DNA of 41,635 bases, from contig JBEKBM010000028.1 in the NCBI GenBank assembly GCA_050015395.1, forward strand, positions 1 to 41,635. The letters run 5' to 3'. The translations under genes and the position numbers were made by a program. Under the pieces are notes generated by a model that was given only the letters and a program-made list of their open reading frames with translations, was not told the origin of the DNA and made no database searches. This DNA comes from Candidatus Bathyarchaeia archaeon (GTDB lineage: Archaea > Thermoproteota > Bathyarchaeia > Bathyarchaeales > Bathycorpusculaceae). This document shows positions 29,961 to 40,060 of the stretch, piece after piece; the first letter of the stretch is position 1; each line of letters begins with the position of its first letter.

Positions 29961-30184
29961 AGGCTTTCAAAGTAACCGGCGAAATCAATAAGCCAAAGCT
30001 GACAACTCCATTCGTAAGAGAATTGCTAGCCTACAAAAGCGAGCATGCAGTGGAGAAGGTTTACGCTGAAATAGGCAGCAGACATCGGGTAAAAAGATGT
30101 CACATTAAAATAACTAATGTTCAAGAAGTTTCTGCAGAGGAAATTGAGAACCCAATCTTAAAGAAAATTGTAAGTGGAGAATAA
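29957..30184 (+). CDS. rpl18a: 50S ribosomal protein L18Ae/LX (eL20)
   Basis: KAFKVTG, AVEKVYAEIGSRHRVKR, located between eif6 and pfdA. Confidence 0.93.
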   Translation: MKAFKVTGEINKPKLTTPFVRELLAYKSEHAVEKVYAEIGSRHRVKRCHIKITNVQEVSAEEIENPILKKIVSGE

Positions 30185-30626
30185 ACACTTGGCGCAAAGA
30201 AATAAAGCAGAGGAAGAACTTCGCAAACTCAGCGTGGAAATGCAATATCTAGAGCAAACAGCAGAAACCTTGCAGCAACGCATCAGCATGGTGAACGCCG
30301 CTTTAACAGACTTAACTTATGCTAACATGACCTTGGATGGGATTGAAAAAGAAAAAGAAAACTCTGAACTTTTGGTTCCAATCGGCGGAAGCGCTTACGT
30401 GAAAGTTAAACTTGCAGACTCAAACAAGATAATTGTCGGAATGGGCGCAGGCGTATCCATAGAAAAAACTCTGCTGGAAGCAAAAACAACCCTGAAAGAA
30501 CGGTTGGATGAACTGGAAAAAACCATGAACGCCGCTCAGCAACAGTTTACCCAAGTGGCTGACCGAATAAACAGTGGCAGAAGCAGGCTTGAAACTTTGC
30601 TTGCCGCAAGAGAAGGGAAACCTTGA
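30174..30626 (+). CDS. pfdA: Prefoldin alpha subunit
   Basis: Coiled coils flanking LLVPIGGSAYV and IIVGMGAGVSIEK. Confidence 0.93.
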   Translation: MENKHLAQRNKAEEELRKLSVEMQYLEQTAETLQQRISMVNAALTDLTYANMTLDGIEKEKENSELLVPIGGSAYVKVKLADSNKIIVGMGAGVSIEKTLLEAKTTLKERLDELEKTMNAAQQQFTQVADRINSGRSRLETLLAAREGKP

Positions 30627-30630
30627 AGCG

Positions 30631-31536
30631 ATGTTTGAGAAGCTCAAGTCCGGTTTCAAAGGCTTAGTAAACAAAGTTACAACAACAGAACTTAAAGCTG
30701 AAAACCTAAACCCTATTTTGTCAGAATTCAAAATGAGCCTAGTCGAAAACGATGTGGCTTTTCCAGTAGCAGAAAAAATAAGCAACGACCTTGAAAAGCG
30801 CCTAGTAGGTGTCCAAGTTAAACGGCTCGATGACCGCAAAAAAGTCGTTGAGGAAAACCTCCGACAGGTTCTTTTAGAAGTTATGCTTACTAACAAAAAA
30901 ATTGATCTACTCAAGATGGCGGATGAAAAACGCAAGAAGAAAGAGCCATTTATCTTGATGTTTGTAGGCATTAACGGCACAGGAAAAACCACTACAATCG
31001 CTAAGGTTGCGCAGTTTTTTCGGGATAAAGGCTACTCTGTAGTGCTTGCTGGCGCTGACACTTACCGTGCTGGCTCAATTGAGCAGTTGGAGGAGCATGG
31101 AAAACGTTTAGGCATTCGTGTCATTAAAAGCAATTACGGTGGTGACCCTGCAGCAGTAGCTTTTGACGCTGTTAGTCACGCTAAATCCCATGGAATTAAC
31201 ATTGTTTTAATCGACACTGCTGGTAGGATGCAGACTAATCAGAACTTGATGAATGAGCTTGTTAAAGTGAAGCGTGTTGTCGGTCCTGACTTAACTGTTT
31301 TAACCGTTGATTCACTGATCGGCAACGACGCGGTTATGCAAGCGGAAGAATTCAACAAAGCCGTTGGCATTGACGCCACAATTTTGACGAAGGTGGATGC
31401 TGACGTGAAGGGAGGTTCCGCTTTAAGCGTAACATACGTGACTCAGAAGCCGATTTTGTTCATCGGCGTTGGGCAAACGTATAAGGATTTGGAACTGTTT
31501 AATCCTGAAAAATTCGTCAACATGATACTGCGATAA
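30631..31536 (+). CDS. ftsY: Signal recognition particle receptor FtsY
   Basis: GINGTGKTTT, DTYRAG, DTAGR, TKVD, GG, GVGQ. ATG 30631 (MFEKLK). Confidence 0.96.
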   Translation: MFEKLKSGFKGLVNKVTTTELKAENLNPILSEFKMSLVENDVAFPVAEKISNDLEKRLVGVQVKRLDDRKKVVEENLRQVLLEVMLTNKKIDLLKMADEKRKKKEPFILMFVGINGTGKTTTIAKVAQFFRDKGYSVVLAGADTYRAGSIEQLEEHGKRLGIRVIKSNYGGDPAAVAFDAVSHAKSHGINIVLIDTAGRMQTNQNLMNELVKVKRVVGPDLTVLTVDSLIGNDAVMQAEEFNKAVGIDATILTKVDADVKGGSALSVTYVTQKPILFIGVGQTYKDLELFNPEKFVNMILR

Positions 31537-31537
31537 G

Positions 31538-31897
31538 TTACGGCTCTTCTACATCGATTAGTTCAAACCGTATTTTACTGGGGTAAATCCAGTACGCTTT
31601 AATGAAGTCTTCAATGCTTTGGTCAACGTCTAATGCTTCAAAAAAATTAATAAAGTCCTCGTCTACGCCTTCCAAATTTTTTGATGTGTAGACTCTAAAG
31701 TTAGCTAAATATTCCTTACCAACACTTAGCTCCTGCATAGAAATCATGTCTGGCACCTCAACCGCAAAAGGTAAGTTCGTTACAACGTCTAAAACAGCAA
31801 CCTTGCGTGCGCTATCATTTTTAGCTTTAACAACAACCAAGCGTTTATCAAAAACCCTAAAATTCCAATCACTTTCAATATCTAAAGAAGCCGACAT
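31538..31897 (-). CDS. Hypothetical protein (119 aa), convergent on ftsY
   Basis: ATG ORF ending 1 nt from the ftsY stop, with globular composition. Confidence 0.7.
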   Translation of the reverse strand: MSASLDIESDWNFRVFDKRLVVVKAKNDSARKVAVLDVVTNLPFAVEVPDMISMQELSVGKEYLANFRVYTSKNLEGVDEDFINFFEALDVDQSIEDFIKAYWIYPSKIRFELIDVEEP

Positions 31898-32695
31898 AAA
31901 CTCTTCACAATAAAACTAGACGTTTCCACCTTAAAAAACTTAAAGAAACCGTGTATTGCAGCCAAGTAACCCAAGATGTGGTGGAAACGAGGTTAAAGAA
32001 ACGTTAATTTGTTTAAGAATTCGAAGGGTGAATAATACTTTTAGAAGCTCTCGATGGAGCCGGCTTCATGAAAATTTTCTTTATAAAATATAGTTTAACT
32101 TTTAGTTTCTATAGATTATTTGTGAAACTCTTAAGAACATTAAAAGAACTATATTTTGCCGAGAAATACGCAGAGCCAACAAGAAATCAAGAAATGCTTC
32201 GGCGAATCAACGTTTAACAAGCCAAATATAAACCCCTATAACCCCAATTGGATTCCCAAATCTCTTTCCATCACTTGTTGAGCGTTCGATTCGCTGAGCA
32301 ATTAGTTAAAATGATTTGTATCCCCAGCCACCGATAGTGTGAAATAGCCGTGTTATAGGCAAGACGTAACCTAAAGTGAGCGATAGTCGTTTTGTTGGAT
32401 TAAAACTTACTTTTTCTCTCTTCTCCCAATTCTAATCTATTCTTCTGTACTCTTCTCATACTCTCTTGGAGGCAGACACTGCAGACTGCACAAATAGTTA
32501 TCTGCTTAAAGCTCTTTGTGTATGGCGGGAATTTGAACAAACGCACAGCTAATCGCGGTTTTGTGTCCATTTTTTGGAAAATTAGCTCTTAAACCGATGA
32601 TTTCTTGAACAAACAGATAGTCTTTTAAACAGCTTGTGGCAAATATCTATTTAGGAAGAAATGGCTGAAAGAAAGTTAAACCCGAGGAATCTTGG

Positions 32696-32983
32696 ATGAT
32701 AGTTCAAGAACCAATACCTCATTGGAACAACTTTACTGTTCCAGAGTTAAAGGAGATTCTGGAACATTGTAGAGCATTAGAGAGACTCGGGATTGCCCAA
32801 GATGAAGAAATGATGATCTCCATTGAAAGAGACATTACAATACGAGAGAAGAAAATAAGCGCGCTCTACGCACCCTTTGAACCGAAACACACAAAAATAA
32901 AACAACAAACAGAAAAACAAAACCATATCAAGATAAACAAAAGACAACAACCACAAGACTACTTATTGGAACAAAACGTCTAA
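32696..32983 (+). CDS. Hypothetical protein (95 aa)
   Basis: ATG ORF with GAGGA upstream; no motif recognised. Confidence 0.5.
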   Translation: MIVQEPIPHWNNFTVPELKEILEHCRALERLGIAQDEEMMISIERDITIREKKISALYAPFEPKHTKIKQQTEKQNHIKINKRQQPQDYLLEQNV

Positions 32984-33311
32984 CAGTTGGAAAGACTATG
33001 CTGTAATTCCTATTCTCGGCATCCAGTCGTTCTTTTCGTCCCTTCTGTAGCTTGCAAGCATGTAGCATCCTTCACCGATTAGTGTTTCAATGCTTGAACG
33101 GTCACTATTGGAATAACAGGAAAATTTGCCGAAGCCCACATGTGGCGGAGAAGCCTATCGTTCTTTGGTGAACGTATGTTAAAAGCAAACTACGGGTCTA
33201 TAGTCGCGTACTATACAGGAATAGTACCCTGCTACGGAACAGTGTACTTTTAAATCGGTCGCTTAAAATTAGCCTGTAAAAACCAAGAAGTAAGTTTGCT
33301 TTTGAGTTAGC

Positions 33312-33518
33312 TTAAGGTTTTGTTTGATCTTTTTTCCATTTTGAGGCGTCACGCAGGTTCTGGATTGGCGAGTCGTCAGCATAACCTAAGGATGCTTGAG
33401 TTTTTTGTTTATACTTTTTTTCTTGTTCGCTGGCTTTGCTTTCTTTAGCGCTAAGTTCCACGCTTCCCTCAAGCTTCCGTATTGTTCTGCCTAATCTGCG
33501 TTGACCTTTCGTAACCAT
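33312..33518 (-). CDS. Small basic hypothetical protein
   Basis: MVTKGQRRLGRTIRKLEG..., GGAG upstream of the ATG, Lys/Arg-rich. Confidence 0.5.
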   Translation of the reverse strand: MVTKGQRRLGRTIRKLEGSVELSAKESKASEQEKKYKQKTQASLGYADDSPIQNLRDASKWKKDQTKP

Positions 33519-34260
33519 AACTTTTGCTCCTTTCACAATTGATATTAAGATGAAGGTTAAAAATATTTTTCATAATATCAGGCTAAAAAAGCGTCCGTTT
33601 AGCATCAGTCTTGGATGTAGCAGGCAAAGCCTTCGGTGCATGCACAACCGACATATCCCGCTTTTTGCTAATGGAACGGCTAAGCAAATAGCCTACCCCC
33701 TCCCCCTACCTCAATTTAGCTAAGAAGACTTCATCAAAATATTGACTATCCTCTGGCTTTAGCTATGCCTGAGACGAAAAAGACGACGGCTGAAACAACC
33801 AGCATATCACCCGCAAATCCTTTTTTTTCAAACAGTCTCAGGAAGAGAGCATTATCTGAACAAGAGATAAGGTCTTACCGTGTCCAAACATTATGCCAAA
33901 GCCAAAAACAGCATTAATAAATAGTTGATTTGTCTTGCGCGGTAGGATGCTTTTTCAATTGTTTCTGGCCATAATCAAAAATATGGGGAATCTGTAGGAA
34001 CAGTGGGTTTATGATAATGAAATCCAAGTTTGGCTGGGTAAAGGTGAACGGGGCATGTATGAAAAGGACATTTCCTTCACGCCGATAAAATGGTGCGTGA
34101 GATAGAATATCGCCTTGATTTTGTAACATGCCTGGATGAAGAAATCTTTAGCAGCATGAGAATATACTGGGGATGCCCTGGATTCCTAAATACTTGTGTT
34201 CAGGTGGGATTCAGTCGCAGCATGACTGTTTCGCTTCCGCTTCACGCGCGGTTTGGCGAT

Positions 34261-35448
34261 TTAGACGCTTTGGTTGATTTCGCTGCTGTCCCAGTAGTAG
34301 ATTTTCGAGTATTTTTCTGTAAAATTGAACTCAGTGCCGTTGTAGATTATGTCTAATCGCAACCCGTAAGTTTTTAAAAGCTGATTTACGTCGTTCCAGA
34401 TTATTGGGGACAAACTGTCTGAGTTCCAAAGTCCCCAGATCATGTCAGTAGGGCTTCTCATGCCCCAACCGTAATCTTCTGGGAGAACAAGGGCCACTTG
34501 TCCATTTTCTGTTCCAAACGTACTCTTTTGTTCGGAGTGTATCTGACTCCAGAAGTTTTCCATAGCGTTGAATTGATCCTGCGACAGGATTCCGTATGGG
34601 TTCGTGTTGGGGTAAGTTGGGTAGTTGAAGACAACTATGTATTTGGCTCCTGCCCAGTAAGCGGTGAGCATGTCTTGAAGCATCTCGGTTCCATTTTCCA
34701 GGTACGGAGGGCTCGTAGAACTCCATGTGATTATGGCGCCCCATTGTTTGTTTTGTACATTTGCTGCTCCTCTGCATAGAGCTATCTGCTGAATCTTGGT
34801 GGTCTCGTTGGTTCCGCCCAACTCCGCGAACACAGTATTATATCCTGCTAGATAATCAAACCAGTAGAGAGCATAATCCGATGTGAACGCAGGTATACCC
34901 AATGTTTTCAATTCCTGCATGCTTAGAACGGAACCGAGGCTCTCGACGTACGCGTTTGCAGCCTCATCATAATTTGTTACGTTTGCAAAAACCGCCGAGT
35001 CATTGTTCCATGATCCAGTATCGATTTGCTTTCCACCAGGTTCATCGAAGAAGTAAATTCCCAAGAGTTTGCTTCCCCACCTTCCTTTTGCATCATCAAC
35101 CCATGTGATTTGCCATGGATATATTACGTGAGAAATGTAATCGAAATACACGATGATGTTCAAGCCTTGGCTTACGGCGTAGTCGCAGACTTCGGTTAGG
35201 GAGGTTCCGTTGACGGTTTCGTTTAGAGTGTCTAAGGTCCATGAATCTACTATGAACAGGTTGGTGTATCCCTTCACTTTGTCTATAAGGAGTTTTGCCT
35301 GGCTGGTAGTGTTGCCTCCGAAGGTGACCCCGAAATAAACCCTATTATTCTGAGCCCTGCCTTCGCTTTGGTGTTCAACATAGGCTACTGGCAGAAGAAT
35401 TGAGGAAATTAGCAAGGCAACAATCAGAACTACCCACAACGTCTTCAT
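34261..35448 (-). CDS. Secreted or membrane-anchored glycoprotein, possible glycoside-hydrolase-like TIM barrel
   Basis: N-terminal signal/TM helix, 10 N-X-S/T sequons, GIYFFDEPG and VFAELG strand-acid motifs. Confidence 0.75.
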   Translation of the reverse strand: MKTLWVVLIVALLISSILLPVAYVEHQSEGRAQNNRVYFGVTFGGNTTSQAKLLIDKVKGYTNLFIVDSWTLDTLNETVNGTSLTEVCDYAVSQGLNIIVYFDYISHVIYPWQITWVDDAKGRWGSKLLGIYFFDEPGGKQIDTGSWNNDSAVFANVTNYDEAANAYVESLGSVLSMQELKTLGIPAFTSDYALYWFDYLAGYNTVFAELGGTNETTKIQQIALCRGAANVQNKQWGAIITWSSTSPPYLENGTEMLQDMLTAYWAGAKYIVVFNYPTYPNTNPYGILSQDQFNAMENFWSQIHSEQKSTFGTENGQVALVLPEDYGWGMRSPTDMIWGLWNSDSLSPIIWNDVNQLLKTYGLRLDIIYNGTEFNFTEKYSKIYYWDSSEINQSV

Positions 35449-35893
35449 TGAGTCTCATACTTCGTAGATCACCCAGAAATATAGACTTTTTGAAAACGAG
35501 TCGATTCATTGCTCGCCTGAACGCAAGGAGTGCAAGACGTAATTTAGCATGGAATCTCTGACAATTTAGTTTATTGGTTGTGGAAAAGATGAAGTCTATA
35601 CCCCTCGTCCTCTGCCTTTAAGGCAAAATCGGTTAAGCTGTAACTACCCATGCTATGACTTCGCTTTATTTGCCTCACGAATCCCACGCTAAATTTCCGT
35701 TCTCAAGAATTGACGCTTTTCATTCGTTTACGTCTATAGCCTTTTTCTGTTCAAAATACCTACTCTATAGCGCATGTCTTTTCCGAATTGGCCAAAAATA
35801 TTTTAATTCATGGTTGATGGGTGGGTCAGTTTTGAGGGCATTCAAAGTATAGATTAGGATTGGTTGTGAATGCCAAGAAGCGAATTGTTACGT

Positions 35894-36022
35894 TTAGACA
35901 TCAACGTTTCTAAATTTATTATCGTTTTCTAAATTTTCATTATAACATTTTTCACATAAACCTTCGTTAAGAAAATATTCTTCTTCTGAAATCTCTACAC
36001 CACAATTATTACATTTTCCCAC
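35894..36022 (-). CDS. Zinc-finger microprotein (42 aa), not in the ORF track
   Basis: GTG-started MGKCNNCGVEISEEEYFLNEGLCEKCYNENLENDNKFRNVDV*, CXXC-X15-CXXC, with GGGGGTGA 5 nt upstream. Confidence 0.6.
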   Translation of the reverse strand: MGKCNNCGVEISEEEYFLNEGLCEKCYNENLENDNKFRNVDV

Positions 36023-36376
36023 TTTATTCACCCCCAAATCTTAATTTCATCTGCCAATAGTAATAAACCAAAAATCCTTATGAATTTATCTGCATAATTC
36101 GCTGTATTCAACAAATCCTTTTAATTGGACTCGAATCACCGAGACGTAAAAGCGTTCCCCGCAGACCTGCTGAGTATAACGTTAGAAGTTGTACATGACA
36201 CGATTAAGCATTAAAAGTGCGGTTAATGTGATAATTTACCCAACATTCATTTAGCTGTCTTTAGCGCCTTCCAAGGAGTGACGTAGAAATCGAGACTTTT
36301 CCCCGATAACTTAGCTTCCGCAGTCAACTTTGTCTAAGGCTATGGTTGCTTATGCAGGGTTGCGCTGAGCTTCTTT

Positions 36377-36577
36377 CTACCTCAGATATTCAACTTTACG
36401 CTTGTGATACCGCTTGCATTCTTTGACGATTTTTACCCCGTATGGCGGGTACATCATCCCCATCCCTGAAAGCAATATGAGTTGCGCTGCCTGATCTTGC
36501 CTTGTTTCACTGTATTCTGGGCATTCTACACATTGATCGGGGAACTCATTGAAGCACACATGTTGTACTTCCAACAC
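36377..36577 (-). CDS. Small Cys-containing hypothetical protein (66 aa)
   Basis: C-X7-CXXC...C, purine-rich upstream sequence and a TTTAAATA TATA-like box. Confidence 0.45.
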   Translation of the reverse strand: MLEVQHVCFNEFPDQCVECPEYSETRQDQAAQLILLSGMGMMYPPYGVKIVKECKRYHKRKVEYLR

Positions 36578-36887
36578 TCTTCCCCAACTATTAACTAGGA
36601 CCGTTTAACTATTTAAAACAAGCTCAGAGCAATCTAAGCTGAATGGCTATGCGTGCTTCTTTGATCCTTCAGATCCAATACATAATCAATCATTGGTATT
36701 ACCGTTGGCAGCTCAGTGTAAGAAATCTGCTGGTTACGCGCGCTGTTTTGCGATGTAGCACGATATTCTCTCGCTGGTTGCTTCCGATGATCTGAAAAGC
36801 GCGCAGGGTCGATTTTTATAGTGTTAAAGGCTTCACGGGGGGTATTCTAATTCGACTGCAACCTCGTTTCTTCGCAAGAATTTGTTT

Positions 36888-37217
36888 TTATTTATTTTTG
36901 TCTTCGTTTTCTTGTTGGTTTCTTTGTTCGCAGCTGTCGAACATTTTTCCTCTATTTGTTCTGTTTAGGTAGCTGATTAAGATAAACTGCAGTATGCCTC
37001 CAGAGCCGCTGGCCACTAACCATGCCTAAGCCCCAAAAGTGGTGAAAGCAGAAATGAAGATGGCGGTTCCGATGAGGAAAACGATGAAGCCTACAATATT
37101 GAATTTAATGAAGCGTAAAAGCCATTTCTTTGCTGTTTCTCGAAAACTCTTCTCAGCTGGCTTACCAATGTTTATCACACTCAAAAACTTGCTCCATGCA
37201 CTCAGAACCATAGCCAT
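36888..37217 (-). pseudogene. GtrA-like small membrane protein with an internal TAG
   Basis: LLRFIKFNIVG...TFGA*AWLVASGSGGILQFILISYLNR...KNK*. The frame continues 45 sense codons past the TAG at 37026-37028. Confidence 0.55.
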
Positions 37218-37395
37218 ATTTAAGCAATCAACAATGTTCGTTTTTTCACATAAAAAATTATAAACGAGCAGAAAAGCTGGTTAAGAATACATTTGCGAAA
37301 TGCATAAAATCAAGCTCTTCAGAAAACGCAAGTAAGTATGGCAGATTTTACTGCACATCTAAAATTGTTCTGATAGAAAACAGAAAATTATATAT

Positions 37396-37416
37396 ATTGT
37401 TCTGCATGAGAACAAT
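37396..37416. promoter_or_regulatory. Operator-like palindrome between the TATA box and the ATPase start
   Basis: ATTGTTCT-gcatg-AGAACAAT (perfect 8-bp arms) directly after TTATATAT (37388) and before ATG 37418. Confidence 0.5.
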
Positions 37417-37417
37417 T

Positions 37418-38674
37418 ATGGACGTTTCAGAAATTTTCGAGGAATGGAACACCTACGCTCTTAGAAGAGTTCTTGTTCAGCGTGAGGTGGATCTAGAGGC
37501 TATTGTACGTAATTCACGTTCGAAGATAGTTGCTATCACGGGCATAAGACGCTGCGGCAAATCAAGCGTTTTGATGATGCTCGCTCAGAAGCTGGCAAAT
37601 GAAGGGAAAAGAGTCTGCTATGTCAATGTTGAGGACAGCCGACTTGGCACAGAAAAAGACCTTCTGGACAAGATTCTCAAGTGGTTTGGCGACGATGGCT
37701 TTATGTTGCTTGATGAAATAACCAGTGCGGACGACTGGAGTGGCTGGCTAGCGAGAACACATGAACTTCTAAAGGGAAGGCTACACCTTGTGGTGGGTTC
37801 CTCGCGGAGGAGTTTGGTTGTTCCCGACAAGCCGTTGCGAGGTCGCATACTTTCGGTTGAGCTTTTTCCGCTCTCTTTCAAAGAGTTTCTGGCTTTCAAG
37901 AATATAGGCGTTGAGAGGACTACGGCTGGAAGAGGAAAATTGGAGCGTGCACTTTCCGAATACCTCAAGTTCGGAGGTTTTCCAGAGGTCGTCCTTGCGG
38001 AAGATGATATGGATAAAATAAGGATTCTTGACTCGTACTTCAAAGATATTGTGGGTCTTGACGTCGCAGAGGTTTCACATGAAGATCCCACCACAGTTGC
38101 AACTTTCGGACGATGCGTAATTCAAAGTACATACTTCTCCGCCTCGAAGTGTCTTAACTTCTTCAAAAGCTTAGGGTACAAAATCGGCAAGGAGAAGCTG
38201 CTGCAGCTTGAAAAATATGCTGAAGCGGGTTACCTCTTCTTTTTTGTCCCGGTGTTCTCTCACAGTGTAAAGGTCCGCTCGGTGTACCCGCGCAAAGCAT
38301 ACTGTGGGGACGTTGGATTTTCATACGCCGCTACAGGAAAGACTGATTGGGGAAAGCTGTATGAAAACGCCGTGTTCCTCGAGCTCAAGAGAAGATTGAA
38401 AGATCGGGAAATTTGTTACTGGAGAAACAAGATTGGTGAGGAAGTTGACTTTGTAGTAAAGCGCGGAAGCGAGGTGGACGAAGCATGCCAGGTGGTCTAT
38501 GATTTGCGTAGCGCTGAGACCGAGAGCAGAGAAGTTGCAGGGTTGATGTCATGCATACAAGAACTCAAGCCAAGCACTTCACTAATACTGACCAAAGACG
38601 TCTCAGAAACCCGGAAAATCGGCGCTTTTGAGATCAGGTTCAAACCTCTTATCGATTGGCTTATTGAAGAATAA
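37418..38674 (+). CDS. AAA-family ATP-binding protein (AAA_14 + DUF4143 type)
   Basis: Walker A GIRRCGKS, Walker B LLDEI, GSS, YLKFGGFPE, KAYCGDVG, ENAVF, EVDFVV, C-terminal WL. Confidence 0.88.
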   Translation: MDVSEIFEEWNTYALRRVLVQREVDLEAIVRNSRSKIVAITGIRRCGKSSVLMMLAQKLANEGKRVCYVNVEDSRLGTEKDLLDKILKWFGDDGFMLLDEITSADDWSGWLARTHELLKGRLHLVVGSSRRSLVVPDKPLRGRILSVELFPLSFKEFLAFKNIGVERTTAGRGKLERALSEYLKFGGFPEVVLAEDDMDKIRILDSYFKDIVGLDVAEVSHEDPTTVATFGRCVIQSTYFSASKCLNFFKSLGYKIGKEKLLQLEKYAEAGYLFFFVPVFSHSVKVRSVYPRKAYCGDVGFSYAATGKTDWGKLYENAVFLELKRRLKDREICYWRNKIGEEVDFVVKRGSEVDEACQVVYDLRSAETESREVAGLMSCIQELKPSTSLILTKDVSETRKIGAFEIRFKPLIDWLIEE

Positions 38675-38800
38675 CCTCTTAATTATCGATAAAACTTGAC
38701 GGGGGATTACGGTTTGTCTACACGTTCGGTGATGCGAATTTGTTCAGAAAACGCAAGTGAGTCTGCGGATTTGTCCAGAGTATATGGATGTATGCCAAAG

Positions 38801-38873
38801 AGCTGGGGATGGGAATTGAACCCATATATAACAGCTCTGCAGGCTGTCGCCTGAACCATTCGGCCACCCCAGC
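38801..38873 (-). tRNA. tRNA-Cys(GCA), intronless, CCA not encoded
   Basis: GCTGGGG/CCCCAGC acceptor stem, anticodon arm ACAGC-CTGCAGA-GCTGT, T arm ATGGG-TTCAATT-CCCAT, discriminator U. Confidence 0.96.
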
Positions 38874-39029
38874 ATGTTGAATCTAGGTTGAGACCCACAT
38901 AAAAATATTGTTGGCACTGTTTGTTTTTTCTTCTTTAGTGCTTTTTTTCTACATTAAAAAACAGCTTTTTCTATGTTGAAAAGCACCGTTCTGCATGCAA
39001 AGTGCGCAGTCTTCGCTCTATGCACATCC

Positions 39030-39089
39030 ATGTTGAATCATATTTGGAGCCTATTAGGATCATCTAGTAGACCGGGAGGGTAGGTTGTG
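39030..39089 (+). repeat. Direct repeat, left copy flanking the MNT-HEPN module
   Basis: 53/60 identical to 40061-40120 by hand alignment; 24-bp exact core CTATTAGGATCATCTAGTAGACCG at 39051-39074. Confidence 0.9.
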
Positions 39090-39283
39090 CACACACAAAT
39101 ACCCTAAGGCTAACACGCCTGCAAACTTTCTGGGCTGCCTTTTGACCGCCAGTTTTGTTGTGATGCAACTCCGATAATCTAAAAAGCGTTAATCGAAAAT
39201 GGTTGATTTGGCATCCTCTGGACAGAAAAGAAGAAAAACAAATATTGCAAGAGACGTTATTACATTAACTAGGAACGTTAAGA

Positions 39284-39577
39284 ATGGACACTCTTGAAGA
39301 GCTCAAATCTAAGCTAGAAGCAATTAAACCTGCACTTAAGGCATGTTACAAAGTGGAAACCATCGGCATATTCGGTTCCTATTCTCGAGGAGAACAAACA
39401 GAAAAAAGCGACTTGGATATTTTAGTCACATTTTCAGGTCCAATTGGAGTTTACGGATTCATCGAGGTTGAGGAGTTCATAAAGAAAAAGTTAGGCGTAA
39501 AAGTAGATCTGGTTCAGAAAGGCGCGCTCCTGCCCATGATAAAAGAGCAAATATTGAATGAGACCGTGCAGGTATGA
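39284..39577 (+). CDS. MNT (MntA-type) antitoxin
   Basis: FGSYSRGEQTEKSDLDI (GS-X10-DXD), LGVKVDLV. Confidence 0.92.
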   Translation: MDTLEELKSKLEAIKPALKACYKVETIGIFGSYSRGEQTEKSDLDILVTFSGPIGVYGFIEVEEFIKKKLGVKVDLVQKGALLPMIKEQILNETVQV

Positions 39578-39912
39578 AAAAGGACTTTCGAATCTACGTA
39601 AACCAGATTCTGGAGGCTATCTGCGAAATTGAGGAATTTACAAAAGACTTAACCTATGAGGACTTTTTGAAAAACAAAATGGCGATAAAAGCTGTGTCCA
39701 TGAATTTGATTCTTATAGGGGAAAACGTAAAACAGGTACCTGTAGAAATTAAACAAAAACATCGGCAGATTCCATGGGCAAGAATGAAGTCGGCACGTAA
39801 TTTCGTTGCACATGAATATCCCAAAATAGAATTCAAAGAAATGCGGGATACTGCAAAATTTGAATTACCACTCATCAGAGCAATGCTACAAAAGATATTG
39901 GCAGAAGAATGA
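39574..39912 (+). CDS. HEPN (DUF86/HepT-like) toxin
   Basis: IGE, IPW, RNFVAHEY (RX4HXY). ATGA overlap with the MNT gene. Confidence 0.9.
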   Translation: MKKDFRIYVNQILEAICEIEEFTKDLTYEDFLKNKMAIKAVSMNLILIGENVKQVPVEIKQKHRQIPWARMKSARNFVAHEYPKIEFKEMRDTAKFELPLIRAMLQKILAEE

Positions 39913-40060
39913 ATTAATATTTGAGCTGCAAAAAATAAACTATTCGCCCCGAAACTTAACCTAAAAAACACATTCATTCTTCCCCTTGCTCTTCTGAATA
40001 CTAAACTCTCACATGTAGAAAGAGCACTGTTTAATGTTGAAAGTGCGGGCGTTGAGTTCT

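Noticed and set aside
31921-31989. 10-bp inverted repeat CGTTTCCACC/GGTGGAAACG (also CCTGAGAC/GTCTCAGG at 33768-33842) as MITEs
   Set aside because: Single copies with short arms and no flanking target duplication; compatible with chance or a local regulatory stem.
37026-37028. Pyrrolysine readthrough of the in-frame TAG in the GtrA-like gene (and the TAG at 515)
   Set aside because: TAG is the ordinary stop of rps19e, rpl39e, yhbY and rmlA in this window, no pyl genes are present, and the 515 case is a frameshift.
31900-38800. Integrated element attached to the 3' end of tRNA-Cys
   Set aside because: I found no duplicated tRNA 3' end (att site) and no integrase in the window.
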